Source of the DNA: Alphaproteobacteria bacterium
GTDB taxonomy: Bacteria; Pseudomonadota; Alphaproteobacteria; UBA6615
Assembly: GCA_965267185.1 (NCBI GenBank)
Contig: OZ253937.1
Location: 1,889,151 to 1,953,150 of the forward strand
DNA: 64,000 nucleotides
Direction of reading: 5' to 3'
The notes beneath the pieces were generated by a model. It had not been told where the DNA came from and did not search any database. It saw only the letters and a program-made list of their open reading frames with translations. This document shows, one piece after another, positions 46,426 to 55,666 of the stretch (positions are counted from its first letter, which is position 1; each line of letters starts with the position of its first letter). Made by a program: the position numbers and the translations under genes.

Positions 46426-47373
46426 GTGCATCCCGCCTACTCGGTCATTTTTTTCACAACAGCGTCCGGCGCAGGTTATGGGCTGTTGGTCTGGCTCGCT
46501 GTTGGGACCATTTTTTTCGACCTGCCGTCCGATCGCTGGTTCGGATTTACCTCCTTCGCCGTCGCGCTAGTCCTGATTACTTTTGGGCTACTCTCATCGA
46601 CCTTCCACCTGGGTCATCCGGAACGGGCCTGGCGGGGACTGACCCAGTGGCGGTCGTCGTGGCTATCGCGCGAAGGCGTCGCAGCGGTCCTCACTTACAT
46701 TCCCGCTGGGCTTGCCGCGATCGGCTGGGTGTTCCTGACCCGCAACGATGGCGTGTGGGCCTGGCTGATGGCAGCCGCCGGGATACTGGCAATCGTCACC
46801 GTGTATTGCACTGCGATGATCTATCAAAGTCTGCAGGCCATACCGCGCTGGAACACGCCTTGGGTGACGCTGGTCTATCTCGGATTCGCCCTGGCCAGTG
46901 GAGCGTTGCTGTTCCATCTCGGGGTCCGCGCCTTCGGTCTCGATCTCGTTGGCAGCGGTTGGGCCGCGGCGGCTCTGACGGCCGCTGCCTGGATCGTAAA
47001 ACTGATCTACTGGAACAGAATCGACCGCGCTCCCGCTAGGTCGACAGCGGAGACGGCCACCGGATTGGGACATCTCGGTAGGGTTCGTCTATTCGAGGCG
47101 CCGCATACCGGCGACAATTACCTGATGCGCGAAATGGGCTACAAGGTCGCCCGCAAGCACGCAACACGACTGCGCATCATCGCGCTCATCCTGGGTGGCG
47201 CGATACCAGTGATTCTGGCCGTGGCGGCCACTCAACTATCTGACCCGGCCGCGGTGCTGGTGGGATTGCTGGCTGTTTTGTCGGCAGGTGCGGGATTGCT
47301 CGTCGAACGCTGGCTGTTTTTTGCCGAGGCGGTTCACGCGGTGTCGCTCTATTACGGCATGGACTCCGCTTAG
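46426..47373 (+). CDS. soeC: DmsC/NrfD-type membrane anchor subunit (SoeC-like)
   Basis: 315 aa with ~8 TM segments. HPERAWRGLTQWRSSWLSREG is a typical DmsC-family loop. Confidence 0.6.
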   Translation: MHPAYSVIFFTTASGAGYGLLVWLAVGTIFFDLPSDRWFGFTSFAVALVLITFGLLSSTFHLGHPERAWRGLTQWRSSWLSREGVAAVLTYIPAGLAAIGWVFLTRNDGVWAWLMAAAGILAIVTVYCTAMIYQSLQAIPRWNTPWVTLVYLGFALASGALLFHLGVRAFGLDLVGSGWAAAALTAAAWIVKLIYWNRIDRAPARSTAETATGLGHLGRVRLFEAPHTGDNYLMREMGYKVARKHATRLRIIALILGGAIPVILAVAATQLSDPAAVLVGLLAVLSAGAGLLVERWLFFAEAVHAVSLYYGMDSA

Positions 47374-48143
47374 ACCGCCAACGACGGCATCTGGATAGGG
47401 CCGTCGATCAGTTGATTGACGAACTGGTGGACGTAGGCATTGTCGGTCGCTTCGAGTTCGTCAATTGAGCCCTGCCAAACGATGCGGCCTTCATGAAGCA
47501 TCGCCACCCGCTCGGCGATCTTGCGCACGACAGCCATATCGCTCACGACCGAGATAATCGTCGCGCCGAGCTCGCTTTCGCGTTCGATAATGAGTTCGCT
47601 GATGATGTTGCTCATAATCGGGTCGAGACCGGCGGTCGGTTCATCGAGGAAAATGATCTCCGGGTCGGTCGCGATCGCCCGGGCTAATCCCGCGCGCTTT
47701 TGCATACCTCCCGACAGTTCGGCGGGATATAGGTCTGCCGTATCCGCGGTGAGGCCGGCCGAGCCGAGCTTTTCGATGGCCCGCGCCCGCGCCGTCGAGT
47801 TATCTACTGCCGGGTCCTGCAAGAGCCGGAAAGCCACATTCTCCCAGACGGTCAAACTGTCAAACAGGCCTTGCCGCTGAAACAGCACACCGAAGCGGCT
47901 CATCCAGGCCATTCTTTCGTTCTCCGACAGGCCGACGGAGTCTTGCCCATCGATTTCGACCCGGCCGGAGTCCGGTGGCACCAGTCCGAGAATAGTTTTC
48001 AGCAGTAGCGATTTTCCGCTGCCCGAGCCGCCAATCAGGACCAGCGACTCTCCGGCGGCAACATCGAGCGAAATGCTATCGAGCGCGCGGTAGCCATCGA
48101 ACGTCTTGCAGACATCGATCAGGCGAATCTTCGGCGTTGTCAT
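47370..48143 (-). CDS. ABC transporter ATP-binding protein, MlaF/Ttg2A-like
   Basis: Walker A GGSGSGKS, signature LSGGMQKR, Walker B IIFLDEPT; 257 aa. No permease or MCE partner is adjacent. Its stop overlaps the convergent soeC stop. Confidence 0.8.
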   Translation of the reverse strand: MTTPKIRLIDVCKTFDGYRALDSISLDVAAGESLVLIGGSGSGKSLLLKTILGLVPPDSGRVEIDGQDSVGLSENERMAWMSRFGVLFQRQGLFDSLTVWENVAFRLLQDPAVDNSTARARAIEKLGSAGLTADTADLYPAELSGGMQKRAGLARAIATDPEIIFLDEPTAGLDPIMSNIISELIIERESELGATIISVVSDMAVVRKIAERVAMLHEGRIVWQGSIDELEATDNAYVHQFVNQLIDGPIQMPSLAV

Positions 48144-48176
48144 GCGCTTCTTATGGCGCCTGCCCGTGAGTCGGCC

Positions 48177-49676
48177 CTACTGCATCGTCGGCATGGTCAG
48201 GCTATGGCCTTCGCGTACGCCGGACTTTGGCCAGCGCGACGTTATTGCCTTAAGGCGCGTGTAGAACCGCACGCCTTCCATGCCATGCATGTGGGTGTCG
48301 CCGAACAGTGACCGTTTCCAGCCGCCGAAACTGTGATAAGCGACCGGAACCGGGATCGGCACGTTGACGCCAACCATGCCGATTTGAACCCGCTCGGTGA
48401 AATCGCGCGCGGCATCACCGTCCTTGGTAAAGATGGCCGTACCGTTGCCATATTCATTGCGGTTCACCAGATCGACGGCGCTCTCGTAGTCGGGCGCTCT
48501 TACGACCGACAGAACGGGGCCAAAAATCTCTTCCTTGTAAATCGACATGTCTTCGGTTACGCGGTCGAACAGGCTGCCGCCCAAGAAGTAGCCGTTCTCA
48601 TAGCCTTGCATTTTGAAGTCGCGGCCATCGAGTACGAGTTCGGCTCCCTCCTCGACGCCCTTGTCGATCAATCCCTTAATCCGGTTGTAGGCTTGTTCGG
48701 TGACGACGGGTCCCATTTCGATATCGGGATCGCCGCCTGGGCCGATCTTTAGCTCCTGAACGCGCGGTACCAAGTTCTCGACCAGACTATCGGCAGTCTG
48801 ATCGCCAACGGCGACGGCGACCGAGACGGCCATGCAACGCTGGCCCGCCGACCCGTAACCGGCTCCGATCAGGGCGTCGGCTGCTTGGTTCATGTCGGCG
48901 TCGGGCATGACCACCATATGGTTCTTGGCGCCGCCCAGCGCCTGAACGCGCTTACCGCTCGCCGCCGCAGTCGAATAGATATAGGACGCCACCGGGGTAG
49001 AGCCGACGAACGATACCGCCGAGATGTCGGGGTGCGTGAGGATGGCGTCGACCGCCTCCTTGTCGCCGTTGACCAGATTGACGACCCCATCGGGCACGCC
49101 GGCCTCTTTGGCAAGCTCGACCAGCCGCAGCGGACAGGAAGGATCGCGCTCCGAAGGCTTCAAGATGAAGGTGTTGCCGCACGCGATCGCCAGGGGGAAC
49201 ATCCAAAGCGGGATCATCGCGGGGAAATTAAAGGGTGTGATACCCGCACATACACCGACCGGTTGGCGGATCGAAAACGCATCGACCCCCGTGCCGACGT
49301 CTTCGGTAAAGTCGCCCTTCAGCAAATGGGGTATACCGCACGCGAACTCGACCACCTCGCGGCCGCGCGTAATGTCGCCTTTGGCATCTTCGATCGTCTT
49401 ACCGTGTTCCGTCGTAATCAGCTCTGCCAGCTCATCGATGTGCTGCAGAATGAGTTCGTTGAAGCGGAACATAACGCGCGCGCGCCGCAGCGGCGGCAAT
49501 GCCGACCATTCGGGCAGCGCTGCCTGAGCGGCTTTGACGGCGCTATCGACGTCCGCCGAGCTGGCCAGCCGAACCTCGGCGACCTGTTCCCCTACCGCCG
49601 GATTGAAGACCGGTCCGGTTCGCGTCGACTGCCCGTCGACAAGCTCGCCGTTTATCCAATGTGATAGCGACTTCAT
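48177..49676 (-). CDS. mmsA: Methylmalonate-semialdehyde dehydrogenase (CoA-acylating)
   Basis: 499 aa ALDH-superfamily protein with the MmsA-type catalytic region (...GQRCMA...) and N-terminus MKSLSHWINGELV. Confidence 0.85.
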   Translation of the reverse strand: MKSLSHWINGELVDGQSTRTGPVFNPAVGEQVAEVRLASSADVDSAVKAAQAALPEWSALPPLRRARVMFRFNELILQHIDELAELITTEHGKTIEDAKGDITRGREVVEFACGIPHLLKGDFTEDVGTGVDAFSIRQPVGVCAGITPFNFPAMIPLWMFPLAIACGNTFILKPSERDPSCPLRLVELAKEAGVPDGVVNLVNGDKEAVDAILTHPDISAVSFVGSTPVASYIYSTAAASGKRVQALGGAKNHMVVMPDADMNQAADALIGAGYGSAGQRCMAVSVAVAVGDQTADSLVENLVPRVQELKIGPGGDPDIEMGPVVTEQAYNRIKGLIDKGVEEGAELVLDGRDFKMQGYENGYFLGGSLFDRVTEDMSIYKEEIFGPVLSVVRAPDYESAVDLVNRNEYGNGTAIFTKDGDAARDFTERVQIGMVGVNVPIPVPVAYHSFGGWKRSLFGDTHMHGMEGVRFYTRLKAITSRWPKSGVREGHSLTMPTMQ

Positions 49677-49815
49677 GGCTCTACTCCCGTTAGCGCCTTC
49701 CCAACCAGACGGCGTGACCGGTACCCGTGATCAGACCTTTGGTGGCGCAAATTTTTCAGTTATCCCAGCTATAGGAGACACCACGGGCAGGCGCAAGCTG
49801 CCAATTGGCGCACCC

Positions 49816-50316
49816 TCAGCCGGCCTTCGGCACCGGCGTCAGATCGCCCAGTTGGCCGCGAAAGAAGACCAACGGTTCGCCCGCCGCGGTTTCGAAGCGT
49901 TCAACTTCGCCAACGATAATAACGTGGTCGCCGCCGTCGTGGTGGACAACATTGCGGCATTCGAAATACGCCAAACAGCCGTCGAATACCGGCGCCCCCC
50001 CGAGGCCTTCGGCGAATTCGACGCCGTTGAACTTGTCATCGCCCGATTTAGCGAACTTCATACACAGATCGCTCTGCCCTTCGGCCAAAATGTGGACGCA
50101 GAAATGGCTCGCATTCTCGAGGACTTTCAGACTGGGCGAAACCCGGTCCAGGCTCCACAAGACGAGCGGTGGGTCTAGCGATACCGAATTGAACGAGTTG
50201 GCCGTCACACCAGCCAGGGCGCCGTCCTCTCCCTTCGCCGTAATCACGGTAACACCGGTGGCGAAGTTGCCCAGGGCGTTACGAAACGCACGCCTATCGA
50301 AGTCTTGGTCCGCCAT
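49816..50316 (-). CDS. Flavin reductase (NAD(P)H:FMN/FAD oxidoreductase, HpaC-like)
   Basis: FRNALGNFATGVTVITA...GVTANSFNSVSLDPPLVLWSL is a flavin-reductase-domain signature. The start is chosen at MADQDF. Confidence 0.75.
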   Translation of the reverse strand: MADQDFDRRAFRNALGNFATGVTVITAKGEDGALAGVTANSFNSVSLDPPLVLWSLDRVSPSLKVLENASHFCVHILAEGQSDLCMKFAKSGDDKFNGVEFAEGLGGAPVFDGCLAYFECRNVVHHDGGDHVIIVGEVERFETAAGEPLVFFRGQLGDLTPVPKAG

Positions 50317-50788
50317 ACAGATTGAGCCCCAACCGGTCCGCACGAGTTGTCAAAGAGCGAAGAACAGGAAGGCCAAGATACTGACTTGGACTGGCGAGAC
50401 CAACCCCACAGGGACTAGATCAGGTGGTAGCAGCACCATTCGTCGGGGCCGCGGACTGCCCACCAAAAGTGCAGAAAAAGCGAATCACTTGTGCAGGTTG
50501 ACTAGAAAACGGGCAAATCACCGCGATTTGACTGCCAGCTCAAATTGGTCCGGTACCGGTATCAATTAAACGAAATAGCGATCGCATTATTTTCACCCTC
50601 GAACGAGAACCTGCGAATATCTGTACTTATGGCCTGTTTTTTTGAATCAAAAATGGAATCTTTGAATCATTCTAAATATAAAGATCAGAAATTACACTAC
50701 TTCGTCGAAGATGACGATTTCTCAATAATAATAAGAAAGTAAAAAAATAGTGTCTTGTCTGCTTGTCGATAGATCATTTCAAACGGAC

Positions 50789-50821
50789 TTGACAGTTGTA
50801 ACACATTTTGTGGGATATTAA
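50789..50821 (+). promoter_or_regulatory. Candidate sigma70-type promoter (TTGACA ... GATATT/TATTAA) in the low-GC islet
   Basis: A perfect -35 hexamer is present. The -10 spacing is non-ideal (19-21 nt). Confidence 0.25.
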
Positions 50822-50827
50822 TTGCAG

Positions 50828-50862
50828 CCCACTAGATAGTGGGTCCTTAGACTTATAAGTCT
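50828..50862. promoter_or_regulatory. Two adjacent perfect palindromes (CCCACTA-GA-TAGTGGG and AGACTTA-TAAGTCT) just upstream of the small ORF
   Basis: Read directly from the sequence, 25-60 nt upstream of the ATG at 50886. Confidence 0.4.
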
Positions 50863-50885
50863 TTAAATCGCCCAAAGGGGGACTC

Positions 50886-51125
50886 ATGCCTGAAAATGCG
50901 ATTGAGAAAATTAAACGTTGGATCGGTCAAGTAACCGAGCTTGGCCTTCTCCTCGTTGCTCTTGCAATCGTTCTGCAGATTCTTCTCGGAAATACTATTC
51001 CGTTTTTTGGCAACGTCGTTGGCAACTTAACAGGTCTTATCGCAACCCTCGGAAACAACGGCCTCGTCGGCTTGATTGCGATTGGTATTATTCTTTGGCT
51101 GTTCGCGAAGCGGAGCCCAGGCTAA
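50886..51125 (+). CDS. Small (79 aa) two-TM hydrophobic protein of unknown function, atypical codon usage
   Basis: Strong SD (AAGGGGG-N5-ATG); GC ~47% with T-ending codons versus ~60% genome; two hydrophobic helices; a clean rho-independent terminator follows. Confidence 0.55.
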   Translation: MPENAIEKIKRWIGQVTELGLLLVALAIVLQILLGNTIPFFGNVVGNLTGLIATLGNNGLVGLIAIGIILWLFAKRSPG

Positions 51126-51173
51126 GCCGCTTGAACCCGCGACTGGCGCACTAAGGGTATGCGCCGATTCTCT

Positions 51174-51208
51174 GGCCGCCCCGATAGTGATATCGGGGCG
51201 GTTTTTTG
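51174..51208 (+). terminator. Rho-independent terminator
   Basis: ggccgccccgata-gtga-tatcggggcgg followed by TTTTTT, preceded by a second, smaller hairpin (ggcgca...tgcgcc). Confidence 0.7.
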
Positions 51209-51296
51209 GTGCCGACCTCAATAACGTCGGACAGTTGCCCATGTTGCGCAGGGCGCTACAGTGACACGGTGTTCAAATAGGTCACTGGACTGACAA

Positions 51297-52106
51297 ATGC
51301 CGCTAACCCCGCCGCGCGACGGCGTCGAAATACACTACGAAGCCCATGGCGATGGTCCGCCCCTAATCCTGATCAGCGGGACCGGCCACGATCTTACTTT
51401 TTGGTCCGGGCAGCTTCCCTTTTTCTCGCCTGAGTTCCGCACGATCGTTTTCGACAATCGCGGGGTTGGGGGATCGAGCGTTCCGCCGCCAGGGTACTCC
51501 CTAGCCGATATGGCCGATGACGCCGCCCATGTCCTCGATGACGCCGATATCGACAACGCCCATGTTATGGGCTTTTCCATGGGTGGCCATATCGCCCAGG
51601 AACTTGCGCTAAACCATCCCGATCGCGTGCTCAGCCTGGGCATCCACCATAGCTGGAGCCGCAACGGCGCGCGGCTTAGGAAATTTCAGGAAACACGGCG
51701 ATATCTCGCGGAACACGACCAACGGATCGCGCTGGCCGAAATTAGCATGCTCGCCCTACACGCCTCGGCCTACTACGACGACCATGCAGACGAAATGGAC
51801 GCGCACCGGGCTTTTTTGTTGGAGCAATCGCCGGTTAACGCCGGATGGATCGGCCAGTTGGAAGCCTGCATTAAAGGCGACACCTACGACCGGCTGCCAC
51901 AAATCGACATACCGACACTGATCACCTGTTCCGATCTCGACCTCATCGCGTCACCGCACCTGTCCCAGGTCATCCACGACCGGATCGCTGGATCGGAGCT
52001 CCGGCTATTGGAAGGGACCGGTCACGTCGCCCTAATGGAGGCACCGGAGGCATTCGCCAATGTCTGCCTCGAGTTCCTTCGTAAAGTATCGAACAGTGAG
52101 ACATAG
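51297..52106 (+). CDS. Alpha/beta-fold hydrolase
   Basis: GFSMGG nucleophile elbow, with an HGxP-like N-terminus; 269 aa. Confidence 0.8.
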   Translation: MPLTPPRDGVEIHYEAHGDGPPLILISGTGHDLTFWSGQLPFFSPEFRTIVFDNRGVGGSSVPPPGYSLADMADDAAHVLDDADIDNAHVMGFSMGGHIAQELALNHPDRVLSLGIHHSWSRNGARLRKFQETRRYLAEHDQRIALAEISMLALHASAYYDDHADEMDAHRAFLLEQSPVNAGWIGQLEACIKGDTYDRLPQIDIPTLITCSDLDLIASPHLSQVIHDRIAGSELRLLEGTGHVALMEAPEAFANVCLEFLRKVSNSET

Positions 52107-52200
52107 CTGATCGGCCTCTTGAGCCAACTCCGCGGCCACCCGATAATCGGATCGAGAAGCCCGGCGAGCCAACGCCGGCGATAAGACAGAGGGGAGTGTC

Positions 52201-53829
52201 ATGCGCGGACTCATAATGGACCGGCCGCTGTTGATATCCAGCTTGCTGGAACACGCTGATCGGGTTTCCGGCGACCGGGAGATCGTTTCGCGTTCGGTCG
52301 AAGGCCCGATCCACCGCTACACCTACCACGACGCCCATACCCGATCGCGCCAACTGGCCAACGCCTTGGCATCTCTCGGCGTCGAATTTGGCGACCGGAT
52401 TGCCACCCTCGCCTGGAACACCTACCGGCACCTAGAGATCTACTACGCGGCGTCGGGCGTCGGTGCGATTACGCACACCCTCAACCCCCGCCTGGCGCCG
52501 GACCAACTCACCTACATCGTGAACCACGCGGAAGATTCGTACATCTTCGTCGATCTCGATCTAGTGCGATTGGTCGACGCAGTCGCCGACGACCTCACAT
52601 CCGTTAAGGGTGTGGTGGTGATGACAGACAAAGCGCATATGCCCGAGTCAAAGATCGCCAATTTGATTTGCTACGAGGAATTGATCGACAGCCACTCCGA
52701 CGACTTCGAGTGGCCGGAATTCGATGAGAACACGGCATCGTCGCTCTGTTACACATCGGGCACGACAGGTAATCCGAAAGGCGCGCTCTATAGCCACCGC
52801 TCGACGATTCTTCACGCCTATGCGTCGGCACTCCCGGATGTCCTAAACCTGGCGGAACGTGAAGTCGTATTACCGGTCGTCCCCATGTTCCATGTAAACG
52901 CCTGGGGCATTCCTTACGGCGCCACAATGACAGGGGCCAAACTGGTGTTTCCCGGCCCTAAGCTCGATGGTGCGAGCCTCCATGAACTCCTCGTTGCGGA
53001 GGACGTTACGTTTGCGGCGGGTGTCCCAACCGTCTGGCTTGGCTTGTTGAACCACTGGCGCGAAAACGACACGAGGGTTCCCTCGCTGGAGCGCACCGTG
53101 ATCGGTGGCTCTGCCATTCCCCAATCCATGCTCGAAGCCTTCCAAGACGAGTTCGGTGTCGAGGTCCGGCATGCCTGGGGTATGACCGAGATGAGCCCGC
53201 TCGGCACCATTTCGCTCGTCAAACCGCGTATGGCAGAGGACAGCAAAGCCACAAAACACCGGCAGCAGATCAAACAGGGCCGGCCCGTTTTTGGCGTCGA
53301 TATGAAAATCGTCGACGACCAAGGCAAGGAACTGCCCCATGACGGTAAAGCCTATGGCGAGCTCATGGTGCGCGGCCCGTGGATCACCAGCGGCTATTTC
53401 AAGCTCGACGATTCCGATGCCCATGGCGACGATGGCTGGTTCGCCACCGGCGACGTGTGCACGATCGATGCGGACGGCTATATGGAGATTACCGACCGCT
53501 CGAAAGACGTGATCAAGTCAGGCGGCGAGTGGATAAGCTCGATCGATCTGGAAAATCAGGCGATGGGCCACCCAGATGTCGCGCAAGCAGCCGTGATCGG
53601 CGTTCCGCACCCCAAATGGGACGAGCGGCCGCTTCTGATCGTCGTCCCAGCGCCGGACAAAACACCCGAACTCGAAGACGTGAATGCGTATTTGGCGGAT
53701 AGGGTCGCAAAGTGGTGGTTGCCGGACGACATGGTCCTTGTCGAAGCTCTACCCATTGGCGCCACCGGCAAAGTACTGAAAACCAAACTGCGCGAACAAT
53801 TCGGCGATCACCAACTGCCGACGGCCTAA
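52201..53829 (+). CDS. Long-chain/medium-chain fatty-acid--CoA ligase (AMP-dependent synthetase family)
   Basis: AMP-binding motif YTSGTTGNPKGA and the overall FadD-like layout; 542 aa. Confidence 0.85.
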   Translation: MRGLIMDRPLLISSLLEHADRVSGDREIVSRSVEGPIHRYTYHDAHTRSRQLANALASLGVEFGDRIATLAWNTYRHLEIYYAASGVGAITHTLNPRLAPDQLTYIVNHAEDSYIFVDLDLVRLVDAVADDLTSVKGVVVMTDKAHMPESKIANLICYEELIDSHSDDFEWPEFDENTASSLCYTSGTTGNPKGALYSHRSTILHAYASALPDVLNLAEREVVLPVVPMFHVNAWGIPYGATMTGAKLVFPGPKLDGASLHELLVAEDVTFAAGVPTVWLGLLNHWRENDTRVPSLERTVIGGSAIPQSMLEAFQDEFGVEVRHAWGMTEMSPLGTISLVKPRMAEDSKATKHRQQIKQGRPVFGVDMKIVDDQGKELPHDGKAYGELMVRGPWITSGYFKLDDSDAHGDDGWFATGDVCTIDADGYMEITDRSKDVIKSGGEWISSIDLENQAMGHPDVAQAAVIGVPHPKWDERPLLIVVPAPDKTPELEDVNAYLADRVAKWWLPDDMVLVEALPIGATGKVLKTKLREQFGDHQLPTA

Positions 53830-54320
53830 CGCGCGGGAGAAGACGCAAGGTCGAGGCGGTAAACCGTCGCGGGCTCGCGCAAGGTCCGCACACCCGACTC
53901 CAGCATTTGCCAGCCGCGGCGCTCCAGCAAAGTCGAACCGCTGGCGGTATCGGAATAGAGTGCCTCGAGACCGCGTCCACGCGCTTCATCTTCTATCGCC
54001 GCGATGAGAGCCGAAGCGATGCCTTTGCCGCGGTGTTCGGGCGCAACCAACAACGCCGCCAGCCAGGGGCTGAGATGGCGGTGGGTTTCCAGCGAATACG
54101 GTTTAAGCGCCGCCGTGCCGAGGATGTTTTGGTCGGCGTCCAGCGCCACCACCGCTATCGGAAGCTCGTCGCGATTGCAGCATGCCGCTAGATCGGTTTC
54201 GGCATCGCCAGGACCATCCGGGCCGTAATACGGCCCCCACTCCGCGATAAACCATTCGGTCAAAATGGGAACCGCAGCCGGTGCGTCTGCGAGATGAACG
54301 ATCTGCAGCTTGGGAGACAT
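53826..54320 (-). CDS. GNAT-family N-acetyltransferase
   Basis: Acetyl-CoA-binding motif A (VAPEHRGKGIASALI). The start is at MSPKLQ. Confidence 0.7.
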   Translation of the reverse strand: MSPKLQIVHLADAPAAVPILTEWFIAEWGPYYGPDGPGDAETDLAACCNRDELPIAVVALDADQNILGTAALKPYSLETHRHLSPWLAALLVAPEHRGKGIASALIAAIEDEARGRGLEALYSDTASGSTLLERRGWQMLESGVRTLREPATVYRLDLASSPAR

Positions 54321-54396
54321 CGCCTTAATCCGCCGGTGAACGCCCAACGCTAGCACCGATGCACCCCATAGAGTGAGGCTCAGCGCTGCAACTCTG

Positions 54397-55584
54397 TTAT
54401 GCCGTGCGCGAGCGCGTCGTCATAACGAGGCCCGCCGCCATCGCCAAGGCGGCCGCCGCCACCAAGGAAGCCAATAGGAAACTATTGCCAAACCCATAGG
54501 TTACGCCGGCGAATGTCGGGCCGATCATCTGGCCAAGCCCGAATGCGGCGGTCATCAGGGCAAGGCTTCGGCGCGGATCGCCCGCCGTTAGATCCCGGGC
54601 GTAAATGAAGCCCAATGCAGTGATTCCCATGAAAGTGCCACCGAGCAGCGCGGCCCCCAGGAGGACCAACAATCCGTTGGTCGTCAAAACGCTCAAGGCC
54701 ACGCCAATGGCCTCCACAATACAAGCGAGTGCAAAGCTGCGGTCATTTCCCAACCGCCGCCCGGCCCATGTCCACAGAGCGACCGATGGAATAGCGGCGA
54801 GGCCGAATACCAGCCAGACGACCGGTTCGATCGATTGTAGTTCAGCGATCGTTCGGACCATCGTGGAGATAAATGTTGCCGTGATCACATAGCCGAAGCC
54901 GAACAAACCGTAGGCCACGATCAACGCAAGCAGGCGCCCGTTAACACCGTCGCTCTGCGCGGACGGCGCCGGACGCTCGGCGTCTAACTCGCGCGGCACC
55001 AAGAGGATCACGGCGGCGAGTCCGACGAGAGCGATCGCACCGCTCACAATCCATTGGGTCTGCCAATCGGCGTCACGCGCCGCGAGACCGGAGACAACCA
55101 CGGCAGATACCGCGATGCCGACCCCGACACCAGCAAAGTGAATCGCCGATAGCCCCGACCGGCCGGAGGCCGCCAGCCGATCCAAAACCAGCGCAGACGC
55201 AAAAACCAAAACGAATGCGCTCGCCACACCGCCGACAAACCGCAGCACCAGAAACAACTCCAGCGACGCCGTCAGCCCCATCGCTCCCGTCGTCACGGCG
55301 CTAACGGCAAGCGCGCCGACCAGCCAGGCCCGCCGGCTGCCCGGCAGGTTCGACGCAGCGGCCGCAAGAGCGCCCAACAAGTAGCCAAGGAAGTTGACCG
55401 ACGCGATGATGCCAGCCTGCGGCTTAGTCAGGCTAAGGGCCTCCTCCATGAAGGGCAGCACAGGCGTATAAACGAAGCGGCCGATACCCATTCCCGCTGC
55501 GAGCGCGATAAGGCCGCCGAGGGCGACACCAACACCGATATACGCTCGTGACTGATCGCCCATGGCACCGCCGCTTCCGATCAC
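54397..55584 (-). CDS. MFS transporter (YbfB/YjiJ-like)
   Basis: ~12 TM segments; 395 aa; MFS-type loops. Confidence 0.75.
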   Translation of the reverse strand: MIGSGGAMGDQSRAYIGVGVALGGLIALAAGMGIGRFVYTPVLPFMEEALSLTKPQAGIIASVNFLGYLLGALAAAASNLPGSRRAWLVGALAVSAVTTGAMGLTASLELFLVLRFVGGVASAFVLVFASALVLDRLAASGRSGLSAIHFAGVGVGIAVSAVVVSGLAARDADWQTQWIVSGAIALVGLAAVILLVPRELDAERPAPSAQSDGVNGRLLALIVAYGLFGFGYVITATFISTMVRTIAELQSIEPVVWLVFGLAAIPSVALWTWAGRRLGNDRSFALACIVEAIGVALSVLTTNGLLVLLGAALLGGTFMGITALGFIYARDLTAGDPRRSLALMTAAFGLGQMIGPTFAGVTYGFGNSFLLASLVAAAALAMAAGLVMTTRSRTA

Positions 55585-55666
55585 ACGGGCGCCAGACTAG
55601 GGCTGCGCAACAATCGCGAAAACTGAAATTTTGTGATTGTAGCTATCGTTTTTTGAGATATCTGAT

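Noticed and set aside
50545-50742. 65-aa ORF within the AT-rich islet
   Set aside because: It has a TTG start with no SD, and the low-complexity Ile/Lys/Asn content simply reflects AT-rich DNA. It is more likely regulatory DNA than coding.
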